A stretch of DNA of 64,000 bases, taken from NCBI RefSeq assembly GCF_035487495.1, contig NZ_DATHMC010000181.1, one strand, 5' to 3'. The notes beneath the pieces are model-generated. The model made no database searches. It saw only the letters and a program-made list of their open reading frames with translations, and had not been told where the DNA came from. Of the stretch, positions 42,133 to 52,740 are shown one piece after another (positions within the stretch are counted from its first letter, which is position 1; every line of letters starts with the position of its first letter). The position numbers were made by a program, and so were the translations under genes. Origin of the DNA: Undibacterium sp. (GTDB lineage: Bacteria > Pseudomonadota > Gammaproteobacteria > Burkholderiales > Burkholderiaceae_D).

Positions 42133-43863
42133 TCACACCAGGTGCAACTGATTCGACTTGCGATCCCGCTTGCGCTTGTACATGCGGCCGTCGGCGATCT
42201 TGATCAAACGGACGTAGTCGTCGCCGTCGTCCGGGAAACTGGCCCAGCCTATGGACACGCCGACGCTGACGATGGCGCCCTCCAGCGCGATCGGCTCTTC
42301 GACCAGCGCACAGATTTTTTCCACCGTGCTGCTGATGTCGATCGAACCCTTGACCTCTTTTAACAGCAGGACGAATTCGTCGCCGCCATAGCGCGCCACC
42401 AGGTCGGTATCCCGGATTGCGGCTTGCAGGCGCGCGGCAATAATCACCAATACCTTGTCGCCGGCATCGTGTCCATACGTGTCATTGATGAACTTGAAGC
42501 GATCCAGGTCCACGAACAACAGCGTGAACGCCTCCGCCTCCCTGGCATTCAGCGCGGCCTGCTTGCGCAGATAGTTAATCTGGGCAAACAGCGACTCCCG
42601 ATTGGCAACCTGGGTCAGCTTATCGAAGCGCAGCTTGTTCTCCATCTCGATAAAAGTCTGGGCTAGCGTGCCGATTTCATCGCCACGTTGTATGTCCAGC
42701 GCGGGCAAGGGTTCTCCATTGCCGAATTTTTCCGCCGCGCCGGTCAGCTTGCGGATATCCCTGACAACTCTTTCGACCATGGCCACGCCTATGGTCAATG
42801 CAATAATGATGCAGGCAATCGCAATCAGTGCGCTCTGCATAAAGCCCTGATTGATACCGCTCATGAAATCGGAGCGGGGCACGGCAACTACCGTGAGCCA
42901 GCTCAGGCCCTGCCTGTTTCCCAGCGACGATACCGCAACATCGACGGTGCCCACGCTCAACTCCAGTTGCCTGGTGGACGGAACATCCGGATTTTTTTGC
43001 AATATCTGCCTTTGCCACTCAAAGCTTTTTTTATAGGTTTCGCTGATCAGCGAAGTTTTCATTTCCGTTGCCATCATATGGACCGGCATGCCGTCCACCA
43101 TCTTCACCGGCGACTCCTGGCCGGACGTGGCAACAATATGACCTTCTGCATCCAGGATATAAGCGACGCTGTTCTTGCTGATTTCCAGGGTTTTCAAAAA
43201 GTCGGATAGCACTTTCAGCGTGACGTCGGTGGCGACTACCCCGGCCAGGCTGTGATCCTTCCGGAACACGGCCTTGGCCAGCGTAATGGTCGGATAGGCC
43301 GCGGTGAAATTATTATAGATCGCCGACCAGACCGGCTTGTCGGTCACCGAAGCCACCCGATACCAGGGTCGTTTGCGCGGATCGTAGGGTTCGGTGCGCA
43401 GCAATTTAGTCCTGTCGCCAGGGCTGGCCACGTTGTATACCTCGCGCAATCCATCCCCCGGCTCGTGCCAGAACAATTCGACAAAGTCATTCTTGATCCG
43501 GTACACCCCGACGAAACGCCCATCCTCCCCGCCGTAATACACGTAATTATTCACGTTCATGAACAGGCCGCTGGCGGCCCACAGATTGATTTCCAGCGTG
43601 CGCATGTCGTCGGAAAAAACCTGTTCCCTGGGGACAGTCCTGGGATCAGGCGAAATGGATTCCAGCGCGATCAATGCGCCTTCCAGATGCCGTTCCGTCG
43701 CATTGCTGATGCGATTCACCATGTCGGTCAGCACCCGCTGGGTCAGGGTCTGCACCGCATCGGTGCCGGCCTTCATCGACACCCAGGCGATTGCTACCGA
43801 TACCCCTATCACCAGCACGGTAACGGGGATCAGTAATTCACGGCGCAATGAAGTCCGCTTCAT
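42133..43863 (-). CDS. dCache-HAMP diguanylate cyclase
   Basis: YDPRKRPWY Cache motif, HAMP DEIGTLA, and RDTD I-site with YGGDEF. Confidence 0.92.
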   Translation of the reverse strand: MKRTSLRRELLIPVTVLVIGVSVAIAWVSMKAGTDAVQTLTQRVLTDMVNRISNATERHLEGALIALESISPDPRTVPREQVFSDDMRTLEINLWAASGLFMNVNNYVYYGGEDGRFVGVYRIKNDFVELFWHEPGDGLREVYNVASPGDRTKLLRTEPYDPRKRPWYRVASVTDKPVWSAIYNNFTAAYPTITLAKAVFRKDHSLAGVVATDVTLKVLSDFLKTLEISKNSVAYILDAEGHIVATSGQESPVKMVDGMPVHMMATEMKTSLISETYKKSFEWQRQILQKNPDVPSTRQLELSVGTVDVAVSSLGNRQGLSWLTVVAVPRSDFMSGINQGFMQSALIAIACIIIALTIGVAMVERVVRDIRKLTGAAEKFGNGEPLPALDIQRGDEIGTLAQTFIEMENKLRFDKLTQVANRESLFAQINYLRKQAALNAREAEAFTLLFVDLDRFKFINDTYGHDAGDKVLVIIAARLQAAIRDTDLVARYGGDEFVLLLKEVKGSIDISSTVEKICALVEEPIALEGAIVSVGVSIGWASFPDDGDDYVRLIKIADGRMYKRKRDRKSNQLHLV

Positions 43864-44456
43864 GCTATTGCACTTCCCGGGCGCGGCTCTGCCGTCGGCA
43901 GGGCTGCGACGTGGATTTTAAGTCGGAAATAATGCAGAGCAACATGCCCTCGTCCCCTTTTTCTTGTGTAAGACTGTGATGAAATCAACCTGAACTCGGC
44001 ACCCTGCCAGTCGCCGGCCAAGGCCGCGCGGTCAGCAAGGCGAACAGGTATTCCGGACTACAACGTCGTTTTCCTGCGGAACTACACCGACTTGCAAAAG
44101 AATGGCTTGCTCGCCAGAGTGTGCATGGCAAAGCAACAACACCAGGGCATCTTCACAACAAGCTTTAAATGTAATGGATTGCGGGCAAAGAATACTAAGG
44201 CTTTCTTTGGCTAAGTTGAACTTACGCAACAATATTTGACATAAAGAAATTACTTATTAGCAACTTCATCTTGATTTTTTTTGTTAACGTGTATTCTTGA
44301 TTGTAGCCGTGGAGAGCGGTATTTGCAGTGCTTGTTTGGTTGCCTGATTTGAAAAGTGCCTGCCCTTGAAAAACGCCTGTTTAAGCGTCGTATCGGCCAA
44401 GAGAAATTGCTTCTGCCAACCCATGCTATACGAGTTATTTTGCCCCACGGATAAAA

Positions 44457-45362
44457 ATGCCCTATCGAACATCGCTGCTTGCTGCAGCGCTGGCGCTGCT
44501 GAGCTTTGGCCTCAGCCCGCCGGCTTTCGCAGAGACTCCCTCCATGCCTGACATGGGTAAATTGACGGCGACCGGCGGCGTCAGCCAACTGGAAGGCGCG
44601 GGCGGCGGCGGCCTCACTCCGTGGGCACTGATCACCGGCTATGGAACATCTGACAGCTATGGCGGCAACGCCCACTACACCCAGGTCGGCACCCAGGACT
44701 ACGCGTTGAAAACCTATGGAGTGGCGCTGGGCATTGCCGATCGCGTCGAGATATCGCTGGCGCAACAGGAATTCAGCGGCAGCAAGGCTCCGCTGAATCA
44801 ACTCGACATCAGGCAGGATATCCTCGGCGTCAAGCTCAAGCTGGCTGGCGATGCGGTGTTTGACCAGGACAGGCTGATGCCGCAAATTGCGGCCGGCGCC
44901 ATGTTCAAGCGCAATAACGGCATAGGCGGCCTGGCGGCTTTGGGCGTAACCAAGGTCACGCAATTGGGCGCCGCCGATGATCACGGCATCGACTATTACA
45001 TCGCCGCCACCAAACTCTACCTGGACCGCAGCCTGCTGCTGAACGGCACGGTGCGCATGACCAAGGCCAACCAGATGGGCCTGCTCGGCTTCGGCGGCGA
45101 CCGGCACGACCGCTACCGGCCCATGCTGGAAGGGTCGGCGGCCTACCTGTTCAATCGCAAACTGGTCGCCGGCGTGGAATACCGGATGAAACCGCGCAAC
45201 CTCGGCGTGGATAATGAAAAGGACTATGCCGACGTATTCCTGGCCTACTTCCCCACCAAGCATGTATCGATCACGGCCGCCTATGCGACCTTGGGCGATA
45301 TCACCATCTTCAACCCGGCTACCCAGCGCGGCTGGTATCTGTCTGTGCAAGTCGGCAATTAA
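44457..45362 (+). CDS. DUF3034 family predicted outer-membrane beta-barrel
   Basis: Signal peptide; GKLTATGGVSQLEGAGGGGLTPWALITGYG; alternating beta-strands ending GWYLSVQ. Confidence 0.88.
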   Translation: MPYRTSLLAAALALLSFGLSPPAFAETPSMPDMGKLTATGGVSQLEGAGGGGLTPWALITGYGTSDSYGGNAHYTQVGTQDYALKTYGVALGIADRVEISLAQQEFSGSKAPLNQLDIRQDILGVKLKLAGDAVFDQDRLMPQIAAGAMFKRNNGIGGLAALGVTKVTQLGAADDHGIDYYIAATKLYLDRSLLLNGTVRMTKANQMGLLGFGGDRHDRYRPMLEGSAAYLFNRKLVAGVEYRMKPRNLGVDNEKDYADVFLAYFPTKHVSITAAYATLGDITIFNPATQRGWYLSVQVGN

Positions 45363-45379
45363 GCCACAGGCGCCTCCCC

Positions 45380-46015
45380 ATGAAACCATCTCTCAGGCAA
45401 TCCCACCGCATGCTGACACGCGCAGCCACCCTGGCGCTGTCGTTCGGTCTGCTATGCACGGCGCCGGTGCCCGGCTTGGCGCAGGCAAGCACCGGCCAGC
45501 TGTACCAGGCCCTCGGCGCCGAGCAAGGCATCCATCACATCGTCGACGACCTGCTGGTGCTGGTCAAGCGGGACGCGCGGATCAAGGAACAGTTCCGGGA
45601 AACCAATATGAAGAACCTGGCAAAATTGCTGAAAGAGCAGTTCTGCCAGCTGAGCGGCGGCCCTTGCACCTATACCGGCGACGACATGAAATTGGTGCAC
45701 GCGCAAATGGGCGTGACCGGGCTGCAGTTCAACGCGCTGGTGGAAGACCTGCAAAGTGCGATGGACAACAATAATATCCCGTCCTCGACGCAAAACAAGT
45801 TGCTGGCGCTGCTGGCGCCTATGCAGCGCGATATCGTGGGGCCCGCGATGCCGCAAAATAGCGGCGCAAATTCGGGCAAAAAGCCAGGCGCAGCGGCCGC
45901 TCTATCCCAATCCGGACGCTGGCGCCGGCATAAAATTCAGGTGCGCCGGCTCCCCAATTCGGCGCAACATGGTTTATGCTTGCGCCCATCTTCTTTTCAC
46001 TCGCGAAAAACATAG
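45380..46015 (+). CDS. Exported group I truncated hemoglobin
   Basis: LYQALG..GI..IVDD, GGPCTYTG, proximal His in KLVH, and FNALVEDL; N-terminal signal peptide; last ~55 aa look non-homologous. Confidence 0.9.
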   Translation: MKPSLRQSHRMLTRAATLALSFGLLCTAPVPGLAQASTGQLYQALGAEQGIHHIVDDLLVLVKRDARIKEQFRETNMKNLAKLLKEQFCQLSGGPCTYTGDDMKLVHAQMGVTGLQFNALVEDLQSAMDNNNIPSSTQNKLLALLAPMQRDIVGPAMPQNSGANSGKKPGAAAALSQSGRWRRHKIQVRRLPNSAQHGLCLRPSSFHSRKT

Positions 46016-46018
46016 CAA

Positions 46019-47686
<1,668 letters not shown>

Positions 47687-47783
47687 GAACCTGTTCGCGA
47701 TCTGTAGCGAGCAGGCGTCAGCGGGGTGAAGCGCAGCGCATGAGCCCCGATCACGTCCGCGCAGTAAAATCGTCAACAGGTAC
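47687..47783 (+). mobile_element. Miniature inverted-repeat element, family A, copy 2
   Basis: Nearly identical to 14717-14812; left flank TAA is the ettA stop codon. Confidence 0.75.
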
Positions 47784-47853
47784 CAAGGCAAAGGCCCAGG
47801 TGTGGGCGCCCGGCGCCCACACTGCTCGCAAAACCACCGACAAGAGAAACAAG

Positions 47854-48279
47854 ATGAAATTCATCCCTGCTATCCTGCTCGCCGCCTGTTGCACCGCGTC
47901 CTACGCACAGGGCGCCATGTACAAGTGCAAGGTCGGCGGCAACACCATCTATTCGGACCAGCCTTGCGGCGACAATCCGCAAAAGATACGCAAGGATGTC
48001 GCGCCTGAGGCCGCACCTGCATCGGTAACCGAGCACGTCTGCGCACAAAAAATTGGCGCTTACGTCAAATTTGATGAGCCTGATGGCATCGTTATAGAAA
48101 GCATCAAAAAGGGCAACTCCGCCGCCATAGAATATATGGATAGCAAGGTCTACGCAAAAACCTATTACCTGAAGGTGAGCGAAAAAACCGCATCGGGAGC
48201 TTATGTCAGGACGCGCAGCTACACCTGCCACGTTAGCGAGGATGAGCAAAGAATTTTAAAAATAACCGGGCCTTACTGA
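47854..48279 (+). CDS. DUF4124-like exported protein
   Basis: Signal peptide followed by MYKCKVGGNTIYSDQPC; ORF track starts at 47740 inside the repeat. Confidence 0.75.
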   Translation: MKFIPAILLAACCTASYAQGAMYKCKVGGNTIYSDQPCGDNPQKIRKDVAPEAAPASVTEHVCAQKIGAYVKFDEPDGIVIESIKKGNSAAIEYMDSKVYAKTYYLKVSEKTASGAYVRTRSYTCHVSEDEQRILKITGPY

Positions 48280-48313
48280 GCCGGCACAACAAAATACCAC
48301 GAAGGACGGAAAT

Positions 48314-48595
48314 ATGAACATTCAAAAATTGGCCAATGCCCTGCTGTTCGCGGGGATTTTGCTACTGGCGGCAGCGCTTGCCTGGTGGCTCAGTTTTTTC
48401 CAGCCTATCGTCAGCCAGCTGGGCATTAAACTGTCCAACGCCAGCAGTTGCCTGTATTCGCTGGACGGCCCTTGCGGCGCCGCCCATGGCATCGCTCAAC
48501 TGCTGGGAAAAACGCCTTACAGCCCCTACGCTTTCTGGATCGCGATCGCGGCGCTGGCGGCCGGCATCCTGCTAAGAGCGGCAAGATCGAAATGA
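48314..48595 (+). CDS. Small two-TM membrane protein of unknown function
   Basis: GAAGGA RBS; two hydrophobic helices flanking a CLYSLDGPC loop. Confidence 0.65.
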   Translation: MNIQKLANALLFAGILLLAAALAWWLSFFQPIVSQLGIKLSNASSCLYSLDGPCGAAHGIAQLLGKTPYSPYAFWIAIAALAAGILLRAARSK

Positions 48596-48622
48596 CACGC
48601 CTAATGCCGCAGCCAGGCTGAT

Positions 48623-49213
48623 ATGTACCAACTCGCAGCAAGCGCCAGCGCCGAAATAGAGATCAAGAAAAGCCGTTTCCTGGGATCCTTGCATCCTGTC
48701 AGTAGCCGCGCCGAAGCGCGCGCCACACTGACGGCAATACGCGCCCGGCATCCGAACGCGGTCCATGTCTGCTGGGTGTTGCTGTGCGAAGGCGACTCCG
48801 GCCTGGACGACGACGGCGAGCCATCCGGCACCGCAGCCAAACCGATGTACAACGTGCTGGTGCATAAGGAAGTGGCGAATGTGCTGGCAGTGGTGGTGCG
48901 CTATTGGGGCGGCATCAAACTGGGCGCCGGCGGACTGACGCGGGCCTATGGCCAGGCGATCTCGGATGCGTTCAAGGCGGCAGAATTGATCCCGGTGGAA
49001 GCCATGTGCGAACGGCGGTTCACATTGCAGTTCGCCGACGAATCGACATTGCGCCGGCTGGCGGAGCAATATGCAGCGACGGTGCTTGATGTCCGCTACA
49101 GCGATATGGTGACGCTGCAGCTGCGCTTAAAACTCAGCCAGGCCGAAGAATTCGAGCAAACTGCATTTGACCTGCTGCGCGGCTCCTTGCAGCGGCTGGA
49201 ACCGGATCGATAG
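48623..49213 (+). CDS. YigZ/IMPACT family protein
   Basis: IKKSRF, DDDGEPSGTAAKP and VVRYWGGIKLGAGGLTRAY motifs. Confidence 0.93.
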   Translation: MYQLAASASAEIEIKKSRFLGSLHPVSSRAEARATLTAIRARHPNAVHVCWVLLCEGDSGLDDDGEPSGTAAKPMYNVLVHKEVANVLAVVVRYWGGIKLGAGGLTRAYGQAISDAFKAAELIPVEAMCERRFTLQFADESTLRRLAEQYAATVLDVRYSDMVTLQLRLKLSQAEEFEQTAFDLLRGSLQRLEPDR

Positions 49214-49319
49214 CGCCAACGTAGCGCTACGGCAATATAAATGGGGGCATTTGCCGCGCAAGCGAATCTGCACTACCATTCAACGATAGGTTACGCGGCC
49301 ATTTGAAAGGAGTTGCAGC

Positions 49320-49589
49320 ATGTCAATATCTCTACTCTCTCACGCTCTTGAAAAAGAATGTCCCGAACTGGCCGACAAAATTTCCATTCTAAAAAGAGAG
49401 GATCCGCACTTCGTCCGGCTGCTGGCCGCTCACGACGATGTTGACGGACAAATCATCCGTGACGAGGCTGGAACCCGGCAAAGACTGGATGACGCTACGC
49501 TGCAGCAGTTGAAACTGCGGCGCTGCCAGTTGAAGGATGAGCTGTACAAGATCGCCTGCAACGGCAGCAGCGAAAAACCCTGCGCCTGA
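49320..49589 (+). CDS. DUF465/YdcH family protein
   Basis: DPHFVRLL..HDDVD..I and LKLRR..LKDEL; AAGGAG RBS. Confidence 0.82.
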   Translation: MSISLLSHALEKECPELADKISILKREDPHFVRLLAAHDDVDGQIIRDEAGTRQRLDDATLQQLKLRRCQLKDELYKIACNGSSEKPCA

Positions 49590-49594
49590 GGCTG

Positions 49595-50248
49595 CTAGGC
49601 GGTACGCTTCACGAAGAACAGCGCCGCCCCCACCGCCATCAGCACGCCTCCGAAGAAGCGATTTTGTCTTTTGACGGCCCGCGCGTTGCGGAACAATCCC
49701 TGCATCGTCGCGGCCGCGAACGCATAGCCATGCATGACCACCAGGTCCACCGAGCACATCGTCGCGGCCAGTATCAATAGCTGCGGCAATAGCGGCCGCT
49801 CGGCGCTGATGAACTGCGGCAGTACCGCGACCATGAAGATGATGCCCTTGGGATTGGTGGCGTTCGTCAAGAACCCCTGCAATATCCTCTTGCGCAAAAT
49901 CGGCACTTCAACTCGCGCATGGCCTTGCTCCAGCCGTTCGAGCGCAGGAACCGGGGCCGCATCGACCCTGGCGCGCCACTGGCTGATGCCGGAATAGAGC
50001 AGGTATAAGGCGCCCACCGTTTTAACGACGGTAAAAGCGGTTTCCGAAGCCAGCAGGATGGATCCCACGCCCGCACCGGCAATAAACAGCAGCAGCATGC
50101 CCCCCATCTGCAAACCCAGGATCGTGCCCGAAGTCTTTTTCACGCCATACGCCAGGCCATGCGACATGCATAGCACCGCGCCGGAACCCGGCGAAATGGC
50201 GATCAGCCAGCAGGCAACGAAGTAGGTAATCCAGGTATGGAGAGTCAT
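49595..50248 (-). CDS. LysE/RhtB family translocator
   Basis: ISPGSG and NATNPKG..LPQFI motifs. Confidence 0.92.
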   Translation of the reverse strand: MTLHTWITYFVACWLIAISPGSGAVLCMSHGLAYGVKKTSGTILGLQMGGMLLLFIAGAGVGSILLASETAFTVVKTVGALYLLYSGISQWRARVDAAPVPALERLEQGHARVEVPILRKRILQGFLTNATNPKGIIFMVAVLPQFISAERPLLPQLLILAATMCSVDLVVMHGYAFAAATMQGLFRNARAVKRQNRFFGGVLMAVGAALFFVKRTA

Positions 50249-50357
50249 GTCAAATATTTAAGTAGAGGCAAGAACGCCTGGCGCATTTTAATACAGCCGG
50301 CCGAAAGGGGCCGTATCAGGACCACATGCCTCGCTTACGCAATATATTTATCGAGTT

Positions 50358-52289
50358 CTAACGCGGCATTGGCTCCGCGCCGCCACCGGCCTGCGGCCGC
50401 AGCAGCACGCAAGCCACGAGCAGATAAAACATCAGGCTCATGCGCGGGAAATCAAACAGGCTGTCCACGATGCCAACTGTCAGAAAGGCGGTTAGCGCGG
50501 CCGCGACGGGCGGAAATGGGAATACCTTCTCGCGATAGCGCGCCAGCAGGCTGACACCGACATACAGCAATAGGCCGATAAAAATCGACAAGCCCAGCCA
50601 GCCTTGCTCAAAATAGACCTGCAGCCATAAATTCTTGAAATGCCAGGGCAAGTGGTTGTCGGCCGCGAAGAACCAGTGATCCATGCCCTGTTCAAAGCCG
50701 CCGTTGCGGATGAGTTCGGTGCCATCGGCGGCTTGCAGCGATAGCTTGTCTATCCCTATCAGCGTATTCTCGTTCAGGTTGAGCAGGGAAAGCTTGACGG
50801 TAGCGTTGGCGTACCACGGCTGCTCGCGAAATTTCCTGGTGTCGATATTGATAGAGTAGCTCTTCCATTCACCGCCGGTATCCCCAACCCTGATCACGTG
50901 CCAGATGCACGCGGTGGAATACAGCATCCACTTCCGGCATACCGGAATCGCCAGTTCGGCATCCTCGTTCCGGCTCATCAGGGATAGCTGCAGCCGGTAA
51001 TTCTGATCGCCGCGCACGTCGACAATTTGTTCAAAATAAAGCGGGTCGCCGCCGCTGAGCGCCAGATAGGTATTGTCCGGCCCGGTGACCAAATGATAGG
51101 CGGAGAGTATTTCCGCGCCGTTGTAACGGTAATAATTATAGGGCAGGCTGCCTAGCCCCATCCCCAGCATCCGGCTGCGACTATCCTGGGGCATGATTTC
51201 CAGCACCCGCGACCAGTGCGCGGTGCGTTTGGCAATATCCTTCTGCACCAGGGAAAACCGGTATTCCATCGGCGTGTCTTTCAATGCAAACCATCCTGCG
51301 CCTATGACCAGCGACAGCGCTATCGCCGCGCCGCGCAGGTGCGGCCGCCTGGAAAAGGCGCGGCGGCGAACCAGCAGGCTGAGCAGCAATATCGCCATCC
51401 CCAGCGCCAGCGCGACATATCCGCCGCGCGCATAGGTAACCAGCATCGCATAACAGCCCGCCAGAAATACGGCCGCGCCAAATACCCGCTGCCGCCATTG
51501 CCGGCTCCTCAGGGTCCACCACACGACAAAGGGCATGGCGGTCGCGAAATAGGCCTCTACGTAAGCCCCGCCGGTATGCATGCCGGAGAAAGGGCCCACC
51601 ACCCGGTATCCGCTGGAAAAATTCCACAAGCCTGGAAACGACAGCCGCTCCCACACGATCGCCAGCGCAGCTCCCAGCGTACCGAGCAGCATGCCCAACG
51701 CGATTGCCCGATAGGTCCTGGCCGCATTTTCCTGCAGCGCGGCACGCAAAAAGGGCAACAGCAACAGCGCAGACAGCATGCCTTTAGCCACACGCAAGGC
51801 GTTATACGGGCTGTAGTAATTGCTGAAGGCATTGGCATCCAGTGCAGGATATGGATAGCTGCCTAGCAGCGCGGATACGGCAATCGACGCAGCAAACAAA
51901 CTCAGCAGCACCAAGGCCGGCCGCGCAAAACGATAGCCCGCCTTGACATCCGCGCTCCGCCATCCAAGGCCGGCGACCGTCACCAGCACCAGCAGATCGA
52001 ATTCGTCGAAGAAAAAACGTCCGCTAAACGGCGCAAAATCGAGGACGGGCAGCGCAGCAATCACCGCCGGCAGCCAGGCCCTCGGCCAGCGTTGCAACAC
52101 CAGCAGGTAGCAGAACGCGGCAAGCGCCAGCCAATAGGGCCCGATTGGATAGCAAATCAATGCCCAGGCGGCAAGGCCGGCACTCAGCCATGCCAGCAAG
52201 CCAGTGCGCGCAAAGCCAGCGGCTTTGCGCGTAAGCGGAAGATGGCAGTTGCTCCTTGGGCGGCGATGCGGATCGCCATGCGCCGCCAT
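50358..52289 (-). CDS. O-antigen-ligase-like polytopic membrane protein with a periplasmic beta-sandwich insert
   Basis: FSGMHTGGA, TYARGGY and WHFKNLWLQVYFEQG (Wzy_C/WaaL HNxxL motif); NGGFEQG CBM-like segment; start uncertain (ORF to 52478). Confidence 0.75.
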   Translation of the reverse strand: MAAHGDPHRRPRSNCHLPLTRKAAGFARTGLLAWLSAGLAAWALICYPIGPYWLALAAFCYLLVLQRWPRAWLPAVIAALPVLDFAPFSGRFFFDEFDLLVLVTVAGLGWRSADVKAGYRFARPALVLLSLFAASIAVSALLGSYPYPALDANAFSNYYSPYNALRVAKGMLSALLLLPFLRAALQENAARTYRAIALGMLLGTLGAALAIVWERLSFPGLWNFSSGYRVVGPFSGMHTGGAYVEAYFATAMPFVVWWTLRSRQWRQRVFGAAVFLAGCYAMLVTYARGGYVALALGMAILLLSLLVRRRAFSRRPHLRGAAIALSLVIGAGWFALKDTPMEYRFSLVQKDIAKRTAHWSRVLEIMPQDSRSRMLGMGLGSLPYNYYRYNGAEILSAYHLVTGPDNTYLALSGGDPLYFEQIVDVRGDQNYRLQLSLMSRNEDAELAIPVCRKWMLYSTACIWHVIRVGDTGGEWKSYSINIDTRKFREQPWYANATVKLSLLNLNENTLIGIDKLSLQAADGTELIRNGGFEQGMDHWFFAADNHLPWHFKNLWLQVYFEQGWLGLSIFIGLLLYVGVSLLARYREKVFPFPPVAAALTAFLTVGIVDSLFDFPRMSLMFYLLVACVLLRPQAGGGAEPMPR

Positions 52290-52740
52290 ACAAGACGGAT
52301 GGCTGCTTCGATTTTTTCCGGCGCGCGTGCCGGCCCTCAAACCGATCCCGGCAAGGCCCGGTAGGAAAATGCAGGGCAGCGCAGTCATCACTTCCAAAGT
52401 GTCGCCATATCGAGTAACGCTTGCTTGTATTTCGTCATGTGCAGGTCGGCGCAACGGAGAAACGAGGGCGGCCTTCAATGTTCGTCGCAGGCATCGCCTA
52501 ACATTCAGGGCCTGTTAACATATTACAAGAAAAGTCGGGTTTTGCTATCGGCAAAGTCTTGCTTGCCTGGACAAAAACAGTCGTGTAAATTTTATTGCCA
52601 TGCGCCATAATGGCGAAATTGGAAATGCTGTCTTACCGCCCTACTGCGGTTGACGACATAGCGATGCGTTAAAAGACCCGGTCTTGACCAATGCCCCGAC
52701 CACACGTTCTCTTTGCTGTCATTTCACTGTCAAAGTTGCC

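Noticed and set aside
43864-44456. Possible gene remnant or ncRNA between the DGC and DUF3034
   Set aside because: Open stretches lack starts and motifs; only a short GC hairpin near 43884-43908 and AT-rich promoter-like DNA
52290-52478. N-terminal extension of the ligase-like ORF as a VanZ-domain remnant
   Set aside because: The resemblance is too weak to support by eye
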